A stretch of DNA of 64,000 bases from Phoronis australis (taxonomy: Eukaryota; Animalia; Phoronida). Of the stretch, positions 12,801 to 24,800 are shown in pieces. The notes beneath the pieces are model-generated. The model worked only from the letters and a program-made list of their open reading frames with translations, made no database searches and had not been told where the DNA came from. Position numbers and translations under genes: made by a program. How positions within the stretch are numbered: position 1 is the stretch's first letter; each line of letters opens with the position of its first letter. Location: the NCBI GenBank assembly GCA_002633005.1, contig NMRA01000254.1, forward strand, positions 430,436 through 494,435. Direction: 5' to 3'.

Positions 12801-15800
12801 TTCTTTAGCATTGTTGCAAATCTGACTTGCTGAGTTCGTAATGTTTCTGTTGGATAATGATGTGTAGCCGTAGTTAGAGCACGTTGTCATTGAGATCGCC
12901 AATACATGTTGCAAGGGACAAAGATTCTTATATCTTCAGTTTCCTATCAATAACTGTGAAAGTTGAAGGCTGTATGTTTAGCTATGGTCTTCATTAGCTA
13001 CACATAGCAAGGCCTCAAATTAATGACTGAATTACACTTTGACTTGCTTAGAAGATAATTAGCTTCTCAATATTTCTCTACTATGCCTTTGATGTGACCA
13101 TGTTTTACGTGTTGTTTTCCATTTCAGGATGAAGTGGATGGCAAACACCTACAGATAGTTGTTGACTTGGAGAAAACTCCTTCTGACTCTGCCTTCGCTG
13201 GCGACTCGGCTGCCAGTTTAGGGACGAAGAAGAAAGTCGGTTTTTATGTTGGTTCTGGCACCTCCCTGTCGGCAATGGGAGACGCTAAGCAGGAAGTGCC
13301 ACCCTCACCTGCTCATCATGCGACTCATGTGCCTACTGCTGCCGAGCGCTTCCAGCGGACAGTTGTTGCTGAGCCCGAACCCACTCCCATGTTTGGTGGA
13401 ATCACAGAGCAACCTATGGCATCTGAAGCAGCTGCAAAACCCATGATATCCGTCCCAAGTAAAACCCGTGTTATTAGCAAAGACTCACCTTCACAGGATG
13501 TCAAGTTCCACATAGGTACTTTACAAACTACATCAAATTTGTTTCTTGAAAGCTTTCAGAAGTTGCTTGTTGCCATAGTTACTGTTAACAACTCAGACCC
13601 TTTCTTTGAGCTTTGGAAATGGAAGGCCTGTGTTTTATTTTCTATACTGTGTCTTACGACTTGATATTTTTGTCCGAATAATAAAAATTCTGAAAGCTGG
13701 GACAGCCTCCCAAATTTTGGGAGTCAGAATTGACTATTCCCATCTGTAAAATTTGGAAGTCGACGTATATTGTTACGTGACCAATGCGATTTTGCTTTAT
13801 ACACCGTAATCACGCATTCGCCATTTTAAAAGTGTGCCTCTTTTTTGGTTTTAAAAACAATGCATTCTTCGCCAAATCACAGTGCAAAGCGTAATTTTTT
13901 CGCGTGCCTCGTTGTATTTATGCCTCAATTGCATTCATTTGTTTTTTGAAACCTAAAAAGAGGCTCACTACTAGAATAGCGACATTACTGTCCTATTTTT
14001 TCTTAACTGAAACTTTGTGAAGACTAGATTATTTAGATCGGAACAATCTCCCCGTGCCTCTGGTGGTCACTCGTATCTCATGTTGTTTGAAAATTCATCT
14101 ACAGGTGAAGAGAAGTCTAGCTCAGACCTATTGAACCCATCTGTTATTAGTGGTGAACACTCCCACACCAAAATGGACCAATCAGATCCATCAGCCAGAC
14201 ACGGTACAGGAAAGTGGGTTTTTGGCACTTACTAATTTCTACTTGGAATTCAACTTTTGTAGTAACAATATGAATAATAACATGAAGAACCATGGAGAAA
14301 AAAATGTTTTAACTTCATTTTTGATCTGTAAATAATCTGATAACTTTCATTAAACAGTCGCTGTTAATGCTATTTCTAGTCGGAGTAAATATACGATTGA
14401 TGACGCGTTCATTTCATATCTCCATCATGAAGAGACTTCTTTGCTTGGACTTTGCGTCTGTATAATCTGCATTGTTGTTTGTAGCAACAAAAAGGTCAAA
14501 GTTCGCCGACACCACAGCCATCGACACCACCACCACCATCAGCAGGAGAGTTTGCGCCGGGTTCCAGGCAGTGAGGTTGCCATTAGCGACGCTCTGAAGC
14601 GGATACCTACCGAAAAAGAGGAGGCACTGATGTTGAAGCAGTCAGACCTGGAGGACATAGCAAGTAAGAGTCGAGTTTGGGATTGGTCCAACACTTGACA
14701 ATAAAATTAGTTTTTGTTATCGATGTTTTCCATTTGCAGTGCATGTCAAAATTACCCAGATTTCCCCTTCATGGGAGTTGGACCGAACGAGGTTGGATGA
14801 AGAGGAATGTTTTTTCTTTTTTTAGTTCATATAATTGGTACGGTACAGATGAATAGGAAAGTTAGTAAGGTGGGTATTCCATACTGTAATTAGAATTTTG
14901 CCGCCGCCTATAATTAGTGCTTGACTGTTATTTTTGTTAGTTGTTATGATGTGGAAATGCTACTCTGTTGTTACTGTAGTATTTCTAACTGCATATGACT
15001 GGTCAAGTACCCCATTGGAGGTAAAGAGGTTCCTGCTATTTGGTATTTTGAAAGAGAATAATAATCCTTTAATTTACTGGCTACAATTTGAAATAAATAC
15101 AAAGGTATTGTAATTTCTCACTGTTATTTGTCAATATTCTCCTGGACGCATATGTGAAAACCTTTCTAACTAGACACAACATGCAAGGTACCTAAACTAC
15201 ATGGTCAACGGACTCATAAACACAGGCACGGACGCATGAACACGACTCACGGACATGCAAACACCGTCCACTGACTCACAAACACCGGAACGGACTCACA
15301 AAACACGATCCACGCACCCAAATACACGGGACACGGACTCATATTCACGAGGAAACACGGTTAACGGACCGCCAAACACGGGTCACGGACTCATCGGCTT
15401 CCTGGGTCAGCTGACATCTTCATTTTGTCAGTGACCCGTGTTTGGCGGTCCGTTAACCGTGTTTCCTCGTGAATATGAGTCCGTGTCCCATGTATTTGTG
15501 TGCGTGGATCGTGTTTGTGAGTCCGTTCCCGTGTTTGTGAGTCAGTGGACGGTGTTTGCAGGTCTGTGAGTCGTGTTTATGAGTCCGTTGACCGTGTAGT
15601 TTAGGTACCTTGACATGGCTAGTTGGTGAATATAAAACATTTTGTGTCATCCTCTCATGTTTTGTTGTCAGCTATTAGCAGGATTATTCCACAGCAAAAG
15701 AATATGGAATAATTTTGCTACATCATGATCTCAAAAATTGTCAGAAAGTTGTAGTGGCTTTAAACTAAAGCTACATTCCATCCAAAAAAATGTTGATGTA

Positions 15801-18800
15801 GACCACTCGTTAAATTGGTCTCAGTGAGAAGCGATTTCAGATGTTCCTGAATGGTATTCATAGACTGTGGTTCTCTATGTACTCACCAGGTCACTTGTAG
15901 AGTTTCTACTCTATGCATTCACAGAACCTCTCGGCCATCGACAAATATCCAATAGCATCGACATGAAGTCTTGTCTGATTGGATTTCTGTGTTCGACCAG
16001 TGGTCCTGATGGTTTATTGAACTAGAGCGTCTTCATGGATTGTAGAAGGTCCTGTGTTCATGCCCTGGTCGGGGCAGCAATCTTTGTCATTACTAGGTGA
16101 CAGGATTTGACCGCATGTGATTCTGTTAGGTATCTATTCTATTTGTGTATGAATTGTGGGCAGGGCTGAAACTCTGTCCAACAAAATCGCTGTCACATAA
16201 CGCATATGTCAATGTGTCGATGCTATGTCGAACAATAACAATTAAAATGGCACGCCTTCCAGGTCACAGGTTGGGTGACGCCCGCGGCATCCGCCGTCAC
16301 AAGATGTCGAGCAAACACAGCGGCAAACCAACCCTGTCCACCGTCATCCAAACGGGATTAAAGCAGGTCACGTCGACACCAAAACCCTCAAGGACAATTG
16401 ACCACAGCCCACACGAGGTGTTTGTGGAATTAGACGAACTTCAGCTTGGCCTTGACCTTCAGTGGGAGTGGAAGGAGAAGGCTCGCTGGATCAAGTTTGA
16501 GGAAGATGTTGAAGAAGAGGCTGAACGTTGGGGGCGCCCTCACGTGGCTTCGCTGTCTTTCCATAGTTTATTGGAGTTGAGGAGAGGGCTAGAGCAAGGT
16601 GAGTGACTGGGTGGCAGGGAGCCATAGAGTATGATGTTACTGGTGGAGATGTCATGGCCTCGCTGTCTTTCCACCGTTTGTTGGAGTTGAGAGGACTTGA
16701 GTAAGGTGAGTGATCAGGGAATTTGGAGGTTAGGAATTGAAAAAGAGGTTGGAAGGTCGGACCATTAGTGTGTGGTCTCATTCCCTTTCCATTGTTTGTG
16801 TGAGCTGAAAAAAGGGTGAGTGATAGGGTTTTATGGGAGGAGGCTGAATGGTGGGGATGGTCTCATGTGGCCTCACTTTTCTTCCATTGTCTGCTGGATA
16901 TGAGGTTAGCATTATGTGGGTGATAGGGATTGTGTGAAGAACTCGGAGAAAGAAGCTAAATGTTGGGACTTTGTATTCCTTGAGATGTGTGAACAACTTA
17001 ATATTATTTCAAAACGTGTAATTTGTGTAGCCTCATAGTGTCCAGGTACGATAGATACGATATATAGCTGTTCCTGTCAAACTCACATCATTTTGGCTAA
17101 CATCAAACCCGCGGCACACATCCTCAACACCTAAACTCTACATATGCCCCTGAAATGCCCATACACGATGACCACACTCAAGATTCCATGGCTTTGCCAC
17201 TGAATTCCGATTGCAGACTAGATGTGTGGGCATAGACCCTGATCCCCTGGATTGGAGTTTTGATCACTGGTCATAGAGCAATTTTGTATCCCGTGTTATG
17301 TTTAGGGGTGTGTGCCTGGGGATACATGGCTGGTTTGGTGTCGGCTGGTCCTGGACTGGAGTTGAGATATTGCAGCTGGAATTTAGAGCCGTAGTCGTGG
17401 AATTGTTTCCACCTCACGTGGTTTTGCTTCAAGCACGGATCTTAACCGTATCCACTTGTTGTAGGCTCCGTCATGCTTGACCTGGATGCACCAGATTTGA
17501 CTACGCTAGTGACCCTAGTGGTGGGGAACATGGTTACACGTGACCTGATCACGGATGACCAGGCATCACTGGTACAAAAAGTGCTTTTGCTCAAACATAC
17601 GTAAGTGCGATGTGCGCCAAATAGAGTGTTGCCACACCTTTGAATGGCTGTCTGCTCTGTTATCAATGGTAATTTCACTTTGTATTGCATTAAAAGAACA
17701 GTTTTGGGCTGACATGCAAACACGTGAAGGTTGACGATTTCTTTCAAAGGGTGTGTATTCTTCATGTGACAAAACTTATGGATGTTTTTTGTAATGTGTT
17801 GGCATCAAACAATATGTAGATTGTATACATGTTCGAAAATGTGTTTGGTATATCTTCTTGAAGCACATTTTTGTTTATGTGAATCACTTTCCAAACTTTA
17901 AGCTTTTTTGATGTTTTTTTTTCTTCAATTTTTGATTTGATGTATTTGATATGTCCCTTCATCTTCCAGGCATGTAAGTCAAAGATACTCGTCCATTAAG
18001 AGAAACATCTCATATCACAACCTGCAAGGCCTCTTGGGGAAAAGCAAGTGAGCCTTTCAATCTATTGTTAAGTTAATTCAGAAAGGATACCAAACTCCTT
18101 ACAAAGTCTTGAAAACAGGCAAGCGTGACTTACGTTTTTGGCGAGTGTCACGGCAACTGTGGGGAAAGACCTCACGCAAATAGCCTTAAGTCTCAATCTG
18201 TTACTCAGGGACTGTACAAGTTTTTCCTTCTCATGGTATGACAATGACGCATTGGCAGGTGACAGAACGAGGTTCGTTTGAAATCACTAAAACCGTGTTT
18301 CGTATCCTTTTAAAGAAAATGGTACAGCAGTACTTTAAATGCATTTAATTATTGAAGATAACTGAAAAACAAATGTATCAGTTATTGGTGTATTGGTGTA
18401 AGTAATAAATAAATGGGTTACTAATCACTAACTTATGTGGGCAATAAAAAGGAATTTAGTCGCAGTTGAAGGAATACCCTTGACAATGTAATCATAGAGG
18501 ATGCACTGTTGCTTTAAGCGTTGTTATTGGCCAACCCTAAAACTGCGAATTCATTGTACATGCACGCATTGCCTGGAAATCTGGAAATGACAGATATTTC
18601 CATTACGTCTGACTTGAGTTGGTAACTGAAATAAAATCCTATGGCTGTAAGGAATGTAATTAGACCGTCGGAGAAAAAGGACTACTTCGATTTTTGTTTC
18701 AAGCCAGCTCAACAGGATGAAAAGCAGTTTTGATGTTTATCCAACCGTTTTCCATATGCCCTACCCTTTTCTTGAGAAAAGTCTCAACGGCAAGTCTTGA

Positions 18801-21800
18801 CGTCAAGTTTTCCATTTACGTGATCGCTGTTCCTTCATTCCAGAAATCCCGACGGTCGTTCCTACAGCTTCCTTAGACCTGTCTCTCGCACCACAATGGG
18901 TAGCAGTCATAGCCAGCCGTCAACGGAGAAGATGTCCAAACCAGATGTTCTTGCCTCCACCAATGATTCGGACATTAAACTGGAGGAAATTACCACAGGC
19001 CCTACAGCTAAGGTAGACCTTGCTTGGATCAGTCTTCAACAAGTTTTCCTTCCACACTACATACCATATGCATGGGATGTACAGCACACATCACGAATTT
19101 TTGGCCGACCGGTCGGAAATTGGTCGCCGACCGGCCGTCGACCGGTCGTCTAGCCGACCAGCAGCCGACCAACAACGGTCGGCTAGGAGCCGTCTGCTGA
19201 GTCGCCTCTCTGGTCGGCACTTGGGTCGGCTAAATGGTCGCCTAGCGTAGACGACCAATTCGGATTAAGCGTGTCCTTGGTCGGCAATTACCATTTTATG
19301 ACTTAGCGGGTGAACTTTGGCCAAACAAACTTTNNNNNNNNNNNNNNNNNNNNNNNNNNNNNNNNNNNNNNNNNNNNNNNNNNNNNNNNNNNNNNNNNNN
19401 NNNNNNNNNNNNNNNNNNNNNNNNNNNNNNNNNNNNNNNNNNNNNNNNNNNNNNNNNNNNNNNNNNNNNNNNNNNNNNNNNNNNNNNNNNNNNNNNNNNN
19501 NNNNNNNNNNNNNNNNNNNNNNNNNNNNNNNNNNNNNNNNNNNNNNNNNNNNNNNNNNNNNNNNNNNNNNNNNNNNNNNNNNNNNNNNNNNNNNNNNNNN
19601 NNNNNNNNNNNNNNNNNNNNNNNNNNNNNNNNNNNNNNNNNNNNNNNNNNNNNNNNNNNNNNNNNNNNNNNNNNNNNNNNNNNNNNNNNNNNNNNNNNNN
19701 NNNNNNNNNNNNNNNNNNNNNNNNNNNNNNNNNNNNNNNNNNNNNNNNNNNNNNNNNNNNNNNNNNNNNNNNNNNNTTTTTTTTATTTTGGGATGGAACC
19801 CTTTGTTTTGTTTTTTAATGCCACAAGTTTGTGTTCCTAATGACGCGAGTCATAATGAAAGAAATACGGGCTGAATGGAGTTCATTGTTTGCTTCAGCAG
19901 AATTGTTCATCACCGATAAATTCTTTTATTCCAATTTGAAGTTTGAAATTTTGGCATAACTTAATTATCGCAGCTTAGGTCTTGAAAAGCTGTTATTGTC
20001 TGTGGGATTATTTTTTAACATTTATTTTATTAAACAAAACGTCAGATGCAAGACATAGAGGCAGCATGACTATTGGGTCTTATTTCTTTAAGCCCAAAAC
20101 ATTCTCACCCATTCACACAAGCATGTCACTCTATTTGCAATGGATACCAGATAACTGTAAATAAGGGAATCTGTTTACCCTAATAATAATTTTTACTCAG
20201 ACCATCCCTTATCAAATATTGTTTTAATTCTTTTCTGAAGAGAAACGGAGAAGGTTACACTCTCTGGGATTACTTAGCATGTGCGCACATGTGAGGCACA
20301 ATAGAATCTAACTGAAATGAAAACGAAAAAAATCACATTGGTATATCAGTGCAGTTTTATGTTTTTGCAGAAACCTTATGGATGTTAGCTTGTTTGATAT
20401 TAATTTGTGTAATGGTTTTATATTAATTTGTGTAATGAATCGGTAATATTTTATCTCATAAGCAACAAGGTCAGGCTGCCTTTACTAAGAATCAAGCAGA
20501 CCGTGACTGTACTACACCACCATTGGTCCAACGTGGAAAACACGATGCTCCAAAAGTCGTTGTGGTAATGAGACTCATAGTGCTGAGTTCAGCCCGCATG
20601 TTTGGAAATTGCTTTTGTTGTTTTGGCTTATCCGGTACGTAAATCTATCGGCTTTCTAGAATCAAAAATATAAGGTGGGCATGTTTGTGGCTTTGTTGTT
20701 TATCAGCAATGGCTGCTTTATCCGAATAATCCCAGCAATGATGTAGCAGTCTCTTCCGTTGATGATTAGCCCACTGTTTGTTTTATCTGGATAACGTAAC
20801 GCACAGGTGGTCAGCATCTTTGCCCGTTATTAGCACAGCACGGTTTGTCTGGACAACAAGTTGGCTTCTGGGCAAGACAAGGTCCTAATACTCTGGGTTG
20901 CGGGTACAGCATATTGGCCTTGGTTGAACAATGTTGCATTGCATGGCATATGTTAGAGCTTGGGTAAACATGACACTGCATGGCAACTGCTGATCTATGC
21001 AATTTGATGGATATTGTTGGCCACCACTGGAAGTTGCAGGCTATTACAGATAACTTAAAGGTTTCAAAGTTGACTACAGACAGTTGGACATTGTTGGGAC
21101 TGTGTCATGGTGTGTCAAACTTGAACAAACTTCTTGCCAGAATTATTTGGCAGTTTAGTCGAACTTTTCGTAGCATTAAAATATCAGTTTTGTTGGTCTG
21201 TAGCGAGATTTACATGTGAACTTATTACAAAAAGCCAGTAATTTATTTTCTATCTGTGAATGGAATGACTGTACAATAAGTTGTCATGAAGCAGATATTT
21301 ATGTACAATTTTGTGCCTCGAAACTTGTCGAATTTTGAGGTTGTCCTAAAGCTCTAACTGGGGCTGGAATGCCTACAAACAGGTTGTGTTGCAATAATGA
21401 TAAACGCCATTCATTAATTCTCTCTTGTCCCATCATTACTGAGATTTATACATTCTATGCCTCTTATATACCCATGTTCTGTATACCAAGTGGCACTTCA
21501 TCCTGTTTCGTAGCCTCCAAACCAAAATCGAAATTAGGACATTTGCTCAGCAACTCAACAAGCACTTCAGAGTTTATTACGATTGACCAACCCTAAAATT
21601 GGGAATGGCACTTGTACGCGTTACCAGTGATTTGGGTTTCTTGCTTATTCGGTAACAATTCAAAATCAACTGAGCAATATTTTTAAATTAAACCACAAGC
21701 ATTTTGGTTTAGAATTCAATTCACAGCTATTCAATGGCAAACGGCCACTTTTAAATGCCCTTATTGACTGTAACATGCGCAAATTTATAATAACTACTAC

Positions 21801-24800
21801 AATTTCTTATCCCCAACTGTTGCACAGGTGAGGCAGGACAGACACCGGAGTTATCACCATCTTAATAACTAAAGATCTCTTTACTCAGTTGGTGTCAGTA
21901 AAGCCTAAGATTTGCATATTACTTGGCTCTGCTCTGTGGCTGACTTATTTGAAATTTGCACCTCTCTGTTTAAAAGAAGGCCCCCTCACATCACTTTTAC
22001 CAAAGATGTGCTAAGTTAGTTTTGTAAGGAAGTGGCTTGGTAACACTTTCATTACCTTAATTCCACTTGGGTTTTGACTTGTGGCCAGTTTTGGCTGGTA
22101 TGAGAATTAGGTTATTACAGCATCAAGTTTCAAAAAATCCACAGACCAGAACCAATTGGCTATTTTTGACTTAAGCTTGTTCATCAAAATTGATTCATTT
22201 AATATTTTATACGAAATCTTTCACGATTTTCAACACTGAACCTGTTTTGGAACAGAAAATAATGCGATTTATTTGTGATTTTGTGATGCATGTCAGCTTC
22301 TCAGTAGAAACCAACTGTGCCCCGTTCACCCGTGGGCAAAATTTTATTCCCACAGCACCAGCTAACTTGGTTCTCAAGGCAATGTTTATTTATGATAATT
22401 ACCATTGTCAGAACATCCATGTTTTCTGCAACACAATTCACGCTTTTTCAGATGGATGAGACAGGGACTGTCAGCTTTCACATCCCCAGTAGTCGAGTGG
22501 CCACGCCCGATCACCAAGACCTGGAAATCCTCCGCAAAATACCGCGAGATGCAGAGGCAACCGCTGTACTAGTGGGTGCAGTGGACTTCCTGCAGAGCCC
22601 GGCGGTCGCCTTCATACGGCTCACAGAGGGCACTGACTTGCCCAACCTCACCGAGGTCCCACTTCCCGTGCGGTTCCTCTTCATTTTGCTGGGTCCTGTG
22701 GAAAGCCCAGTAGACTACCACGAGATTGGTCGGTCCTTGTCCACGCTTATGTCGAATACGGTAACTATGTACTTGGAGTAATGGTATACAAAAACATGTG
22801 CACACCACTCTACGCTATCTTTCGAAAAGCATAAAATTATTAAACAATGTTTTGTTTGATGTGTTCAGTTTCACCAGATTAAAGTGGCTCTTATGAGGAA
22901 AAAGTAAAAAGTCAGCCTCACAGTATTAAACAAACAGTAATATTTTGTGGAAAGTGAAATAAATTTCAGTACCAATATAGAAAGTAGATCATGTTGTTTG
23001 TTTTATTGAATAGTTTCCATTTACTCCATAAACAAACAGCGATTCCATGATGTGGCATATCAAGCAAATGATCGGCAGGACTTGCTGAGTGCCATCAATG
23101 AGTTTCTGGATGAGTCTATTGTGCTACCACCTGGTGACTGGGATCGGAAAACACTGCTGCCGATCATGGAGATGGCGCGCAAGAAAGCCAAGCAGAGACG
23201 GCAGAAAAAGAAAGAATTGGAAGGTAAGGTTCATTACTTAGTGTTTGGGAAATAGTGTGTAATGAGCCATGAATATGCTGACTTAGTAAAGCTGGGGTAA
23301 TCCTTCCATAGCAAGTCTTGTAGTTTTGAACTAGTTTGGTCAACTGGGCTATTGTGTTGTGGCCTCAACAGGGTACTATTACACCATCACTGATGGTTCT
23401 GTCATATGATTGGTTGAAAAACTGTTTTAAATAACTTCTGAGATATACCATTTTATTGGCCGACCTGCCACCAGGACATCTAATGTGATGTCGCTTTTAG
23501 CTATCTGACCAATCAGATGCTGTAGAAACTAAAAACCCGACAATGAAGAGAGCAGACAATGTCACATATCTTGAGGCTTCACAGAGGAAATATTATGTCT
23601 TCAGCATGTTATGTCTTATCATTTAACTGTCCTAAACCAATGGATATGAGTAAATTGTCTGGAGTCAAAAATACTCTTAAATTGAAAAAAAAATCAATTC
23701 TTACTTTACCACAAAATCCTTATTTGGGCTGAAATGAAGCACTGTCTAATATGCGTCCAAATGAATTTTGATTGCGCATGACGCTGTTGTTTCTTTAACA
23801 TTTGTATTGCTAACATTTTGCTTAACGACGAGTACGTAGTTTATTTAACATGTTATATAGCTGTGTGATGATTATTGCATTTTAATTGTTCTTTGGACGT
23901 CAGCCGAGCAAGAGAAATTAAGAGGTAAAGCACCAAAGTACATGCATGTACCGTTTCCTCGACTGTGTTTAGTACATTGTAGTTGGTATTTGTAATTTCT
24001 TTTTTTCTGCCAAAACGGGAGAGGTGAACCTGGTAACACTTTATTTTTCTTTAAAGAAGTAAGTAAACTCCTTTGCCTGTTTTTCTTTAAATTTTGGGAT
24101 CAAACTTTTTATCTTGTGTGTAACCAAGGGAATCTTTTGCTTCATTCATAGAAGGGCTCGATTTGATTACTTTCAGCTTGCCAGTGCGATCTCTGATTTT
24201 ATTTGACTCACTAGTGAAAATCCTAAGACGCTGCTAAGTTGCCACGCACATATCAGAGCATGCATTCAAAAATATTTTGTTAAGTAAACAGGCTGTAGTT
24301 AGAGTTCAGCAGAAGCCCGTTCATGATACATGCACAGATAATGTCACTTGTTTGATTTTCTGTTCGGTAGGAGTTGAGCATGCACGAGATATTTGGCCCA
24401 TGGACGAAATTGGTTGTTACAGAGCATACAATACACTTGTAGTTTTCCGTTGAGCTATTAGAAATGAAAAGGAATGCTACACGTTAAGTGATCTCTAGCA
24501 TTCGCACGGACATTTGCCCACATGTGTCGGTTCTGCAATTCAGATATCCCGTGGTCGCTTTCTTGCGATTGTTTCCAAGTATGCATTGTTTATAGGAGGA
24601 GGAAATTTTTCGATGTGTCTCATTTGGCAAGCTGATTTTGTACTAAAGATCGAGCCCTGCATACTCTAAAACGTTTGTTTACTTCACATTCTTTTTTCTA
24701 GTGATTTAGATATTGATCTTTTTTTTGGTAAAACTATCTTTTAGTTAGTTTTCACTCACAAACACGACCTAAGCTGAGGTGTAATTCGTTTGAGGTTTAC

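Noticed and set aside
14204-14209. Alternative donor G|GTACAG for SLC4 exon 5
   Set aside because: Gives phase 1, which is incompatible with exon 6; the donor at 14214 keeps the frame.
19310-19874. Two long ORFs in the ORF track
   Set aside because: Artefacts of translating through the N gap.
21369-21596. Intronic ORF with an acceptor-like site near 21513
   Set aside because: A phase-0 join from exon 10 hits a stop within 8 codons and no donor was found.
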